Shown: piece after piece, positions 26,962-37,179 of the stretch
Layout: each line of letters opens with the position of its first letter
Position numbering within the stretch: position 1 is the stretch's first letter
Origin: Lutibacter sp.
Lineage (GTDB): Bacteria; Bacteroidota; Bacteroidia; Flavobacteriales; Flavobacteriaceae
DNA length: 64,000 nucleotides
NCBI RefSeq assembly: GCF_041562875.1
Contig: NZ_JBFFOE010000005.1
Span: forward strand, 454-64,453
Reading direction: 5' to 3'
Translations under genes and position numbers: made by a program
Notes under the pieces: model-generated
Database searches by the model: none
What the model was told of the DNA's origin: nothing
What the model saw: only the letters and a program-made list of their open reading frames with translations

Positions 26962-28677
26962 ATGGACTATTTATTAAAGGCTAGCGGAATAGTTTTAATA
27001 CTTTTCTTATTTTATTATGTATTCTTAAAAAATGAGACTTTTTTTAAGTCAATTAGAAGTTATTTTATCATTGGATTATTAATAGTATTAACAATTCCCT
27101 TGATTGATATACCTATTTATGTTGAAACTATTAAATCTCAACTAAACTTGCTTAATTATGAAGAAATTGCTTCCACAAACATTACTGAACAAACTATTAA
27201 TTGGACTCAAATCTTTATTTTCATATATTTAATTGGTGTAGTTTTTTTTACTTTAAAATTTTTAATGCAATTAATTTCATTAGGGAATTTAATTTCAAAA
27301 CATCAATTAACAAAGCAAGGCAACTATTATTTTGTTGAAACTTCAAAAAACATTTCACCATTTTCATTTTTTAACATTATAATTTATAACAAATCACAAT
27401 TCAATATTGATGAACTTGAGCAAATTATAAATCATGAAAAAGCACACGTGCAACAGTGGCATTCTATTGACACACTTTTAGCTCACTTATTAGTAATTAC
27501 GCTATGGTTTAATCCGTTTGTTTGGTTATATAAAAAGGCAGTTCAACAAAATCTTGAATTTTTAGCTGATGCATATGCATTAGAACTAGCAGATAATCAC
27601 AAATTATATCAATTTACTTTATTAAAAACCTGTGGAGCAAATTACTGCACAGAAATAACAAACAATTTTTACAATTCATTAATTAAAAAACGCATTATTA
27701 TGTTACAAAAAAATCGTTCTACATCAAAAAATCAATGGAAATATGCTTTATTGCTACCTTTACTAACAGCATTTGTATTTACCTTCAACACTAAAGTAAT
27801 TGCTCAAGAAAAAAAAGTAATAGAAATTGAAGAAATCAACAATGAACTGATTGAATTAATTATTGACAAAAATACTTCTGATGAAACATTAAACGAAGAA
27901 AAAATAACTTTCAAACAAGAATTCGATATTACCATATCATTTAAAGGAATCAAACGAAATGCTAATAATGAAATAACTGCAATTAAAATTGATGCAAAAG
28001 GGAAAAATTTAAAATCAAAATTTGAAAACGCAAGTTCTGAACCAATAAAGGCAATTAAAATTTCATATAATTCTGATTACAACTCACTAAATATAAGTAA
28101 CCTGAGTAAGGTTTACAAAAATAGTTATACTTATACAATACATGAAGATAACGATAGTGCTAAAAAAGTAAAATTCAAACCAAATAAAGATGACAATTAT
28201 GCTTTTGTAACTTCAGATGGTAAAACAAAACTATGGAAAACAAAAGGAGATAGTAAAAATGTATGGGTTCAAGAACAAGGCAAAGAAAGCAACATTAAAG
28301 TTGAAGTAATTGAACTTAAAGAAGGAGAACGTGAAGTAAAAGTAATCCATGAAATAAATAAGGATGAAATAAATGAGGACATAGAAATAGAAATTAATGA
28401 AGACAGTGCATCTGAAAATGTTTTTGTGATTAAAACTGATCGTGACAAAAAAAATAAACAAAAAATTACCAAAAAAGAAAATTTAATTTTTGTAAGCTCC
28501 GGAAGTGAAGAGCCGATAACTTTTGTTGATGGTAAAGAAGTTTCAACTGAAGAAATGAAAAACATTGAACCAGATACAATAGAAAAAATAGAAGTATTAA
28601 AAGGGAACTCTGCAACAGATAAATATGGTGAAAAAGGAAAAAATGGGGTTATTTTAATTACTATCAAAAAGCAATAA
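26962..28677 (+). CDS. BlaR1-type M56 metallopeptidase with a C-terminal TonB-dependent-receptor plug-like domain
   Basis: SPFSFFN, HEKAH zinc motif, WFNPFVW, EFLAD, SLIKKRIIML. The C-terminus reads PITFVDGKE..IEKIEVLKG..YGEKGKNGVILIT. Confidence 0.9.
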   Translation: MDYLLKASGIVLILFLFYYVFLKNETFFKSIRSYFIIGLLIVLTIPLIDIPIYVETIKSQLNLLNYEEIASTNITEQTINWTQIFIFIYLIGVVFFTLKFLMQLISLGNLISKHQLTKQGNYYFVETSKNISPFSFFNIIIYNKSQFNIDELEQIINHEKAHVQQWHSIDTLLAHLLVITLWFNPFVWLYKKAVQQNLEFLADAYALELADNHKLYQFTLLKTCGANYCTEITNNFYNSLIKKRIIMLQKNRSTSKNQWKYALLLPLLTAFVFTFNTKVIAQEKKVIEIEEINNELIELIIDKNTSDETLNEEKITFKQEFDITISFKGIKRNANNEITAIKIDAKGKNLKSKFENASSEPIKAIKISYNSDYNSLNISNLSKVYKNSYTYTIHEDNDSAKKVKFKPNKDDNYAFVTSDGKTKLWKTKGDSKNVWVQEQGKESNIKVEVIELKEGEREVKVIHEINKDEINEDIEIEINEDSASENVFVIKTDRDKKNKQKITKKENLIFVSSGSEEPITFVDGKEVSTEEMKNIEPDTIEKIEVLKGNSATDKYGEKGKNGVILITIKKQ

Positions 28678-28698
28678 AACTATCGTAATTTAATTGTA

Positions 28699-28737
28699 AA
28701 CTATCCATTTCTAAATTTAGAAAAGGATAGTTTTTTT
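28699..28737 (+). terminator. Terminator after the M56 gene
   Basis: AACTATCC-ATTTCTAAATTTAGAAAA-GGATAGTT followed by a T-tract. Confidence 0.8.
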
Positions 28738-29201
28738 ATACTAAAAAGATAGAAACCCTTATTTTAATCAATCTAAGAGACAAAACCTCCTTTACTTTTA
28801 AAAAACAATCTAAAACCGCTCATTATTTACTTACAATTTTAAACAATAAAATAATATATAATTACAGTTTAAAACATTATTATAGTAATTTACAAAAACT
28901 CACAAATCAATTCTGTCTTTTAATTTAAAATTAGAAGTTAATTTAATTAATACCCTACAAAATTATTGGAGACAAGCAAAAAGTAGTCATATCTTGAATA
29001 AAGAATTAATTCAAAAATCAATTTACTAACCTAAAACCTACTTACATGATTACAATCTTCATCCTAATAACAGAGTTAATTTTAACATTTATTAACTTAT
29101 TATATTAACTTAAAAATTGAATCTGCAATCTTTTTTTGATTTGCGTTCATTAAAATTTCCACAAAATGTGGAAATTTTTTTTTAATCAGTATATTTACAT
29201 C

Positions 29202-29351
29202 ATGAATAAACAACTCTTCAGAATTTTAGCGAAAATTAATAAAATTGTACTACCAAGCTTCACTAAAAACAAGCTTGATATGGCAAAAGCAAAAAAATGG
29301 CAAATGGCTATTATTGGATGGCGATATTTTGTTACAAAAAATAGTTTGTGA
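29202..29351 (+). CDS. Small basic protein (49 aa) of unknown function
   Basis: MNKQLFRILAKINKIVLPSFTKNKLDMAKAKKWQMAIIGWRYFVTKNSL. I recall this family lying upstream of tRNA-Arg in Flavobacteria. Confidence 0.7.
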   Translation: MNKQLFRILAKINKIVLPSFTKNKLDMAKAKKWQMAIIGWRYFVTKNSL

Positions 29352-29387
29352 AATAATTAAAAAATAGTATATTTGCAGCCTCAAAAT

Positions 29388-29461
29388 GGCCTCGTGGCGC
29401 AACTGAATAGCGCACTTGATTACGGCTCAAGAGGTTACTGGTTTGAATCCAGTCGAGGTCA
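29388..29461 (+). tRNA. tRNA-Arg (anticodon ACG)
   Basis: Acceptor GGCCTCG/CGAGGTC, D-stem GCGC/GCGC, anticodon arm CTTGA-TTACGGC-TCAAG, T-arm ACTGG-TTTGAAT-CCAGT. CCA is not encoded. TATATTTG promoter upstream. Confidence 0.96.
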
Positions 29462-29465
29462 CTAC

Positions 29466-29502
29466 AAAAAAAAAGAGTTACAAAAATGTAACTCTTTTTT
29501 TT
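29466..29502. terminator. Bidirectional terminator after tRNA-Arg
   Basis: A-tract-GAGTTACA-aaaa-TGTAACTC-T-tract. Confidence 0.85.
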
Positions 29503-29655
29503 ATGGAATATGTTTACATCTAAATGAGCAAATCCAAATATACAAAAACTAAAAAAATGAATAATTAAAAGTATAAATTCACTTTCAATTATTCATTTAA
29601 ATCTTTTATATAGCTAAATATAATATAAATCAAATTTAACTCAACATTAATGGTA

Positions 29656-29967
29656 TTATATTGCTAAAACAGAATTTTCTTCTGCGTCAAGACCATTATT
29701 TACATATTTATCAGCACTATCATCATTTACCCACTTTTCACCATCTAATAAATACTTAAATTGATACTCTTTTTCAGAAGGCAAATCAATAACAACTTTA
29801 AAAGAACCATCTTTCAATTTTTTCATATTTATAGGCTCAGCTGTATTCCAGTTATTAAACTCACCTAATAAATCAACTTTACTTGCACCAGCAGCAGCTC
29901 CTTTTTCCATTAAAAATGTAACTTTACAAACTGGTTTACTTTTTAAATATTGCTTTTTTAAACTCAT
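29656..29967 (-). CDS. Isoamylase early-set / CBM48 glycogen-binding domain protein
   Basis: KVTFL, VDLLGEFNNW, YQFKYLLDGEKWVND. Confidence 0.85.
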   Translation of the reverse strand: MSLKKQYLKSKPVCKVTFLMEKGAAAGASKVDLLGEFNNWNTAEPINMKKLKDGSFKVVIDLPSEKEYQFKYLLDGEKWVNDDSADKYVNNGLDAEENSVLAI

Positions 29968-30290
29968 AACATTAATTTTAATTTATCTTACAAATTTAAC
30001 TTTGAATAGCGTTATATTATACAACTCCTTTTTCTTATTTATATTCTATATTAACACTTAGTTCGCAAATTATACATATCTAGTTAAATTTAAACATTAA
30101 TTCTTCTATTTAGAATAAAATTTGTTATTCCAATCAATTACTTTGCAATATTATTAATTATCCACATATTTTAACACTCTAAAATGATTATCTTCAAAAA
30201 ATCACCTGATATCGTTATTTTATCTTAAAAAAATCAAATATATTTATATCTTTAAAAATTATCAATTTAATATCAATAACTTCAAATTCT

Positions 30291-30776
30291 ATGGAACAAA
30301 ATTTTAAAATAAAGGTAAATGACTCATTTTATAACAATTTTAAAAGTTCTGATATCAATGAATTAGATGTAATAAAACTATCAAAGTCAAAATTTCACGT
30401 AATAAATAACCATAAATCTTTCGATATTAAAATAGAAAAATCTGATTTTCTAAAAAAAGAATACATTATACAAGTTAATTCTAACAACTATACCATTAAA
30501 ATATCCAATCAACTAGACATACTCATTAAAGAAATGGGCTTATCAATAGGTTCAGCCAAAAAAATAAATGATATTAAAGCTCCAATGCCAGGTCTTATAT
30601 TAAGTGTAAATGTGAAAGAAAAACAAAAAATAAAGGAAGGAGAAACCTTATTAATTCTTGAAGCTATGAAAATGGAGAATGCTATTGCATCACCAAAAGA
30701 TGGTGTTATTAAAACCATACATATAAAAAGTGGAGGAACTGTTGAAAAAGGAGAACTTATGATTGAATTTGAATAA
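30291..30776 (+). CDS. Biotin carboxyl carrier protein of an acyl-CoA carboxylase
   Basis: KAPMPG and the EAMKME biotinylation motif. Confidence 0.93.
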   Translation: MEQNFKIKVNDSFYNNFKSSDINELDVIKLSKSKFHVINNHKSFDIKIEKSDFLKKEYIIQVNSNNYTIKISNQLDILIKEMGLSIGSAKKINDIKAPMPGLILSVNVKEKQKIKEGETLLILEAMKMENAIASPKDGVIKTIHIKSGGTVEKGELMIEFE

Positions 30777-30833
30777 AATTACTTTACTACTCTATTTAAT
30801 TTCAAAATTTCTAAAATTTTAAACAGCATTCAA

Positions 30834-32276
30834 ATGAAAAAAATATTAATTGCAAACAGAGGTGAGATAGCGATTAGAGTTATGAAAACTGCTCAAAAAA
30901 TGGGTATTAAAACAGTTGCTGTATATTCAGAAGCAGATAGAAATGCGCCTCACGTTAGATTTGCTGATGAAGCTGTTTGTATAGGCGAAGCACCTTCAAA
31001 TAAATCATACCTTTTAGGAGATAAAATTATCGAAGAAGCCAAAAAATTAAATGTAGATGGAATTCATCCTGGTTATGGTTTTCTAAGTGAAAATGCGAAG
31101 TTTGCTGAATTATGCGAACAAAATAATATTATTTTTATTGGTCCTAAATCAAAATCTATTAGAATGATGGGCGATAAATTAGCGGCAAAAGATGCTGTTA
31201 AAGATTATAATATTCCTATGGTTCCTGGTGTTGATAGAGCTGTAACCGACCCAAAAGAGGCTTCTGAAATAGCAAGAACAATTGGGTTTCCAATTTTAAT
31301 AAAAGCGTCTGCAGGTGGTGGAGGTAAAGGAATGCGTATTGTTGAAAAAGAACAAGATGTTGAAGAACAAATGGCTAGAGCAATTAGTGAAGCAACTTCA
31401 GCCTTTGGTGATGGTTCCGTTTTTGTTGAAAAATATATTACTTCACCTCGTCATATAGAAATTCAAGTTTTGGCTGATAGTCATGGGAATGTGTTACATT
31501 TTTTTGAAAGAGAATGTAGTATTCAACGTCGTCATCAAAAAGTTATTGAAGAAGCTCCATCTTCAATTTTAACACCTGAATTAAGAGAGAAAATGGGACA
31601 AGCAGCCATTAAAGTGGCAAAATCATGTGATTATTTAGGTGCTGGTACCGTTGAATTTTTAGTTGATAGTGACTTAAATTTCTATTTTCTAGAAATGAAT
31701 ACTCGCTTACAAGTTGAACATCCAGTTACAGAATTAATCTCAGGAGTAGATTTAGTTGAACTTCAAATTAAAATTGCACGAGGCGAAGCAATAACATTAA
31801 AACAAGAAGATTTAAAAATAAATGGACACGCACTTGAGTTACGTGTGTATGCTGAAGACCCTATGAATAATTTTTTTCCAAGCATTGGAAATTTAAGTAC
31901 CTATAAAATTCCTATTGGTGAAGGTATAAGAGTTGATGATGGTTTTGAAGAAGGAATGGATATTCCAATTTATTACGACCCAATGTTATCAAAATTAATT
32001 ACTTATGGTAAAACTAGAGATGAAGCAATTCAATTAATGATAAAAGCAATTGATAACTATAAAATTGAGGGTGTTAAAACAACCTTGCCATTTGGTAAAT
32101 TTGTATGCCTACATGAAGCATTTCGGTCCGGAAACTTTGATACTCATTTTGTAAAAAACTACTACACACCTGAAAAACTTCAAGCCGAATTAAATGCAGA
32201 AGAAAAAATAGCAGCTTTAATAGCGCTAAAAATATATTTAGAAGATCAAAAAATTGTAAGAATTCCTCTTAACTAA
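30834..32276 (+). CDS. accC: Biotin carboxylase subunit (acetyl/propionyl-CoA carboxylase)
   Basis: KILIANRGEIA, HPGYGFLSEN, GGGGKGMR, RECSIQRRHQK, EMNTRLQVEH. Confidence 0.93.
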   Translation: MKKILIANRGEIAIRVMKTAQKMGIKTVAVYSEADRNAPHVRFADEAVCIGEAPSNKSYLLGDKIIEEAKKLNVDGIHPGYGFLSENAKFAELCEQNNIIFIGPKSKSIRMMGDKLAAKDAVKDYNIPMVPGVDRAVTDPKEASEIARTIGFPILIKASAGGGGKGMRIVEKEQDVEEQMARAISEATSAFGDGSVFVEKYITSPRHIEIQVLADSHGNVLHFFERECSIQRRHQKVIEEAPSSILTPELREKMGQAAIKVAKSCDYLGAGTVEFLVDSDLNFYFLEMNTRLQVEHPVTELISGVDLVELQIKIARGEAITLKQEDLKINGHALELRVYAEDPMNNFFPSIGNLSTYKIPIGEGIRVDDGFEEGMDIPIYYDPMLSKLITYGKTRDEAIQLMIKAIDNYKIEGVKTTLPFGKFVCLHEAFRSGNFDTHFVKNYYTPEKLQAELNAEEKIAALIALKIYLEDQKIVRIPLN

Positions 32277-32297
32277 CTAATTATAAAATTCAATAGT

Positions 32298-33839
32298 ATG
32301 GATTCTAAAATTGAAAAATTAAATAAAAGAGTTGCATTATCTCATTTAGGTGGCGGAGATGAACGAATTAAAAAACAGCACACAAAGAAAAAATTAACAG
32401 CAAGAGAACGCATAGATTATTTATTAGATGAAAGTTCATTTGAAGAAATGGGCGCTTTAGTAACTCATAGAACTACCGATTTTGGAATGGATAATGAAAT
32501 CTATTTTGGAGATGGTGTTGTAACTGGTTATGGAACTATTGACAGAAGGTTAGTATATGTTTTCGCACAAGATTTCACTGTTTTTGGCGGCTCTTTATCT
32601 GAAACAAACGCCGAAAAAATTTGCAAAATAATGGATCAAGCTATAAAAGTTGGTGCTCCATTAATTGGTTTAAATGATTCTGGAGGTGCACGAATTCAGG
32701 AAGGTGTAAGATCACTTGGTGGATATGCTGATATTTTTTACAGAAATGTACAAGCTTCAGGTGTAATACCGCAACTTTCAGCAATTATGGGTCCTTGCGC
32801 AGGTGGTGCAGTTTATTCTCCTGCTATGACCGATTTTACCTTTATGGTTGAAGATACTAGTTATATGTTTGTAACTGGGCCAAATGTAGTAAAAACAGTT
32901 ACCAATGAAGAGGTTACCGCTGAAGAATTAGGTGGTGCAAGTACACATTCAACAAAATCAGGCGTTACACATATTACATCTGCAAATGACATTCAATGTT
33001 TGTCAGCAATAAAAACGTTGTTAAGTTATATTCCTCAAAATAATAAAGAAACTACTAAAAAATTACGGTTTGATTTGGGTGATGAATTAAGATTAAATCT
33101 TGAAACCATTATCCCAGAAAACCCTAATAAACCTTATGATATGCACGAGGTTATAAAAGGTATTATTGATGAAAATTCATTCTTTGAAATTCATAAAGAT
33201 TTTGCAGGAAATATTCTAGTAGGTTTTGCCCGTTTAGCTGGTAGAAGTATTGGAATAGTAGCCAACCAACCAATGAATTTAGCTGGCTGTTTAGATGTGA
33301 ATAGCTCTGTAAAAGGAGCTCGTTTTACACGCTTTTGCGATTCTTTTAATATCCCGTTATTAGTATTGGTTGATGTACCAGGGTTTTTACCTGGGACTGA
33401 TCAAGAATGGAATGCAATTATAACTAACGGCGCCAAATTATTGTATGCATTTAGCGAAGCTACAGTTCCACGTATTACAGTTATTACTCGTAAAGCCTAT
33501 GGAGGTGCTTATGATGTAATGAATTCTAAACATATTGGAGCTGACATGAATTTTGCTTGGCCAACTGCCGAGATTGCTGTGATGGGTGCAAAAGGTGCAG
33601 CTGAAATTATTTTTAAAAACGAAATTAATTCAGCTCAAAACCCAGAAGAAAAGCTAATAGAAAAAGAAACCGAATATGCTTACAAATTTGCAGACCCTTA
33701 TGATGCTGCCAGTCGTGGTTTTATTGATGAAATAATTTACCCTAAATACACAAGAAGAAAATTAATTAAAGCATTTCAAATGTTGGAAGGAAAAGAACTA
33801 AACTTACCCAAAAAGAAGCATGGGAATATTCCTTTGTAA
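32298..33839 (+). CDS. pccB: Acyl-CoA carboxylase carboxyltransferase (beta) subunit, PccB-like
   Basis: [51 protein letters not shown]. Confidence 0.88.
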   Translation: MDSKIEKLNKRVALSHLGGGDERIKKQHTKKKLTARERIDYLLDESSFEEMGALVTHRTTDFGMDNEIYFGDGVVTGYGTIDRRLVYVFAQDFTVFGGSLSETNAEKICKIMDQAIKVGAPLIGLNDSGGARIQEGVRSLGGYADIFYRNVQASGVIPQLSAIMGPCAGGAVYSPAMTDFTFMVEDTSYMFVTGPNVVKTVTNEEVTAEELGGASTHSTKSGVTHITSANDIQCLSAIKTLLSYIPQNNKETTKKLRFDLGDELRLNLETIIPENPNKPYDMHEVIKGIIDENSFFEIHKDFAGNILVGFARLAGRSIGIVANQPMNLAGCLDVNSSVKGARFTRFCDSFNIPLLVLVDVPGFLPGTDQEWNAIITNGAKLLYAFSEATVPRITVITRKAYGGAYDVMNSKHIGADMNFAWPTAEIAVMGAKGAAEIIFKNEINSAQNPEEKLIEKETEYAYKFADPYDAASRGFIDEIIYPKYTRRKLIKAFQMLEGKELNLPKKKHGNIPL

Positions 33840-33856
33840 ATTATCTATTCAACAAT

Positions 33857-33894
33857 AAAAAGGCTAAAATTTATATATAAATTTTAGCCTTTTT
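33857..33894. terminator. Bidirectional terminator
   Basis: AAAAAGGCTAAAATTT-atatat-AAATTTTAGCCTTTTT. Confidence 0.85.
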
Positions 33895-33941
33895 ATAATT
33901 TTACTTTTACAAATTACCAATTCACCACTACTATAGAACCT

Positions 33942-34829
33942 TTAGCCATTATGTATTAGCCCACAACATTTCTTGAATTTTATACCACTTTTACAAGGAC
34001 AAGGGTCATTTCTACCAATTCTAAAATTATTTTTTTTCATATTTTTAGACAACATATCCTGATTGAAAATTTGTTCTAGTAAATCATATAAATCTGGATG
34101 TTTTCTGGCAAGTAATTTCGGGCGTTCAAAAAAATACTCACTAGCTACTGAAAAAAATTCTGCTTTATTCGTTCCTCCGTATGGGTTAATATCTGATTGC
34201 TTTTCATAAATTTCATCAATCTTATTATTGATAAGGTCTAACCAAGGAATTACATATTGCTTTTCTAATAAAAGTGTAGGAATTCCATCAATATATCCAT
34301 CACTTTTATCAATTAAATGGATAAATTCATGAATGGCTGTATTTTTTTTATCTAATTCATTTTCAAATCCATGTCTTAATGCCTGTTTTGAAAGCACCAT
34401 TATACCTTCCATATAACCACTTCCTACCATTCCTAAGATATTTCTACCAGAACCTTTAGTTTCAAATTCTGTATTAAACATTGTAGGGTATAATAAAACT
34501 TCTTGAATGTTCCTATATTTCCAATTATCAAATTCAAAAATTGGGATTATTGCACTGGATGCTACAAGCAGTTTATCTGTTATATCAATACTTACTTCTA
34601 TTCCTGTAATTCTACAATTCAAAAGAAATTCTTGAACTTTATATTCAAATCTTCTTTTATCGTCTTCAACTAATGAATTATAAAATGCAATATTTTTTAT
34701 AAGAATTAATCTCCATTCCTCATTGAATAAGGTTTTCGGTTCTATCCATTCTAACTTTTTTTTATTATTTCTTCTAAACACAAAAAAAACAATTAACACT
34801 ACAGAAGCTACACTAAAAACAAAAACCAT
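33942..34829 (-). CDS. Zinc-dependent peptidase (M90/MtfA-like) with a C-terminal SEC-C motif
   Basis: N-terminal TM segment, IHEFIHLID, YGGTNKAEFFSVASEYFFERP, and C-terminal GRNDPCPCKSGIKFKKCC. Confidence 0.88.
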   Translation of the reverse strand: MVFVFSVASVVLIVFFVFRRNNKKKLEWIEPKTLFNEEWRLILIKNIAFYNSLVEDDKRRFEYKVQEFLLNCRITGIEVSIDITDKLLVASSAIIPIFEFDNWKYRNIQEVLLYPTMFNTEFETKGSGRNILGMVGSGYMEGIMVLSKQALRHGFENELDKKNTAIHEFIHLIDKSDGYIDGIPTLLLEKQYVIPWLDLINNKIDEIYEKQSDINPYGGTNKAEFFSVASEYFFERPKLLARKHPDLYDLLEQIFNQDMLSKNMKKNNFRIGRNDPCPCKSGIKFKKCCGLIHNG

Positions 34830-34911
34830 ATACTAATTATAAAACTTATGGCAAGATAAAAAATAAATAAACGAATGAGTACATTTTATCCCAAGCCTAA
34901 CAGTTTAACAT

Positions 34912-34946
34912 AAAAAAACTCTTGAAAAATTTCAAGAGTTTTTTTT
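34912..34946 (-). terminator. Terminator after prmA-clpS
   Basis: AAAAAAACTCTTGAAA-aa-TTTCAAGAGTTTTTTT. Confidence 0.85.
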
Positions 34947-34998
34947 AATTAGTTATTTTTTAACGTCAAACCAATAAAGAATTTTTAATATTGGTTTT

Positions 34999-35274
34999 TT
35001 ATATTATTTCAGCAGACAGTCCTTTGGATAATAACATGGTACATCGAGGTTTTAAATCGTTATACTCCCCTGTTTTAACAGTACATTTACCTTTATAATG
35101 CACTAAAATTGCACATTGCTCAGCTTGCTCTAATGTATGGTCACAAATATCTATCAATGAATCAATTACATGGTCAAAAGTATTTACATCATCATTAAAT
35201 AACACAATCTCATTTAGATTGGTTTCTTCTTCCAATACATCAACGTCTTCTTGTATTTTTCTTTTTGTACTCAT
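34999..35274 (-). CDS. clpS: ATP-dependent Clp protease adaptor ClpS
   Basis: IVLFNDDVNTFDHV, ILVHYKGKC. Confidence 0.92.
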   Translation of the reverse strand: MSTKRKIQEDVDVLEEETNLNEIVLFNDDVNTFDHVIDSLIDICDHTLEQAEQCAILVHYKGKCTVKTGEYNDLKPRCTMLLSKGLSAEII

Positions 35275-35290
35275 GCAGCAAAAATAGTAA

Positions 35291-36121
35291 TTATTTTAGA
35301 TACTTCAAAGATACCCAGTTATTTCGCTCAATTATTTTATCTAAAGTCAAACCATATTTTGAAACTTCTTTATCAATTATTGGAATATCTTCTTGATAAA
35401 ATCCGCTAAATAAAATGACACCTTCATCATTTAAACAATTTATATAAGACGCCATATCATTCAATAAAATATTTCTGTTAATGTTTGCAATAATAACATC
35501 ATACTTTTTATTCATCAAAAGTGAAGCATCACCTTCAAAAACTGAAATATGCTTACAATTATTTCGCTCTACATTCTCTATAGAATTCTCATAACACCAA
35601 GCATCAATATCAATAGCATCAATTGGCTGAGCTCCTTTCATTTCAGCAAAAATGGCTAAAATTCCAGTTCCACAACCCATATCCAATGTTTTTTTATTTG
35701 TCAAATCTAATTGTAATAAATGCTGAACCATCATATGTGTAGTTTCATGATGACCTGTACCAAAACTCATTTTTGGCTCAATAACAATATCATATTTTAA
35801 ATTTGGATTTTCATGAAAAGGAGCTCTTATACTCACTATATCATCAACCTGAATTTGATTGAAATTTTTCTCCCACTCACTATTCCAATTAATTTGTTCA
35901 ATAACTTCTTCTTCAAAAGTAATTTTAAACTCCTCAGAATTTAAAATTTGAATATCATTTAAAATTTCAGCATTCCAATCCTTTTCTTGAATGTAAGCAT
36001 TTACTCCATCTTCATTTTCTACAAAACTTTCAAAACCTTCTTCCCCCAATTGAGCTATTAAGATTTCAGTTCCTGGTTCTTTTGGTGATACTTTAAAAAT
36101 GTATCCAATATAATTTATCAT
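35291..36121 (-). CDS. prmA: Ribosomal protein L11 methyltransferase
   Basis: IEPKMSFGTGHHETT, LDMGCGTGILAI, IIANINRNIL. Confidence 0.95.
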   Translation of the reverse strand: MINYIGYIFKVSPKEPGTEILIAQLGEEGFESFVENEDGVNAYIQEKDWNAEILNDIQILNSEEFKITFEEEVIEQINWNSEWEKNFNQIQVDDIVSIRAPFHENPNLKYDIVIEPKMSFGTGHHETTHMMVQHLLQLDLTNKKTLDMGCGTGILAIFAEMKGAQPIDAIDIDAWCYENSIENVERNNCKHISVFEGDASLLMNKKYDVIIANINRNILLNDMASYINCLNDEGVILFSGFYQEDIPIIDKEVSKYGLTLDKIIERNNWVSLKYLK

Positions 36122-36148
36122 ACATGTAATTTATTACAAAATGCAAAA

Positions 36149-36183
36149 ATACGGTTTCCTTTCATAATGAAAGAAAACCGTAT
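36149..36183 (-). terminator. Terminator-like hairpin after tpiA
   Basis: ATACGGTTTCCTTTCAT/ATGAAAGAAAACCGTAT near-perfect inverted repeat. Confidence 0.65.
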
Positions 36184-36213
36184 CTATATTTTAAATTATT
36201 TTTTAAAATCTAC

Positions 36214-36972
36214 TTAAAATGATTTTGCCAATGTAATAAAGTTCTCAGCATTTAAAGCCGCACCACCAATTAATCCACCATCAACATCTTCTTTTGAGAA
36301 AATTTCTTTAGCATTACCTGGGTTTACACTTCCTCCATATAAAATAGAAACGTTCTCAGCTATATCATCATTAAATTCATCAGCAACAATTTTTCTAATA
36401 AAAGCGTGCATTTCCTGAGCTTGTTCTGGAGATGCAGTTTCTCCTGTTCCAATTGCCCAAACTGGTTCATATGCCAAAATAATAGAATCCCAAGCTGATG
36501 CTTCTAAATGAAATAAGCCATTTCTAATTTGGCTTTCAACAACATCAAAATGTTTATTGGCTTTTCTTTCTTCTAAAACTTCTCCAAAACAAAAAATGAT
36601 TTCCATATTATTTGCCAAAGCTGCATCAACTTTTTTCGCTAACATAGCATCGGTTTCACCAAAATATTCACGTCTTTCAGAATGCCCTAAAATAACAATT
36701 TTAACACCTACAGATTTTAACATTTCTGCAGAAACTTCACCTGTAAAAGCTCCACTTTTTTCAAAATGCATATTTTGAGCCGCTACTTCAACTTTGGTTC
36801 CTTTAGCTTTATTGGCAACTTTTGCTAAACTTACAAATGTAGGAGCAACAATAACTCTTGTGTTTTTAAGTTTTTCTTTTTTAAGACCTTTGACAATCTT
36901 TTTAACCAATGATTTAGAGGCCTCCAAATCGTTATTCATTTTCCAGTTTCCTGCTACTATTTGTTTTCTCAT
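36214..36972 (-). CDS. tpiA: Triosephosphate isomerase
   Basis: VAGNWKM, GHSERR, AYEPVWAIGTG, LYGGSV, GLIGGA. Confidence 0.98.
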   Translation of the reverse strand: MRKQIVAGNWKMNNDLEASKSLVKKIVKGLKKEKLKNTRVIVAPTFVSLAKVANKAKGTKVEVAAQNMHFEKSGAFTGEVSAEMLKSVGVKIVILGHSERREYFGETDAMLAKKVDAALANNMEIIFCFGEVLEERKANKHFDVVESQIRNGLFHLEASAWDSIILAYEPVWAIGTGETASPEQAQEMHAFIRKIVADEFNDDIAENVSILYGGSVNPGNAKEIFSKEDVDGGLIGGAALNAENFITLAKSF

Positions 36973-37179
36973 GGTATTATATTTTACTTTTATCGTTCAA
37001 ATTAATATTACAAATTTACAATTTAATGCTTACAAATAATCCTAATAATAGTATGATTGCGCAATCGTTTTCGATTTATAAAAAAACGAATTCAAAAAAT
37101 ATTGATTGCATTATTTAGTAAACAAATATAACTTAAAGTATTAAAATTACTACTTTTGCTTCATCCTTTACTTAAGCCT

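Noticed and set aside
29202-29351. Calling this ORF SmpB (SsrA-binding protein)
   Set aside because: It is about a third of SmpB length and lacks SmpB motifs.
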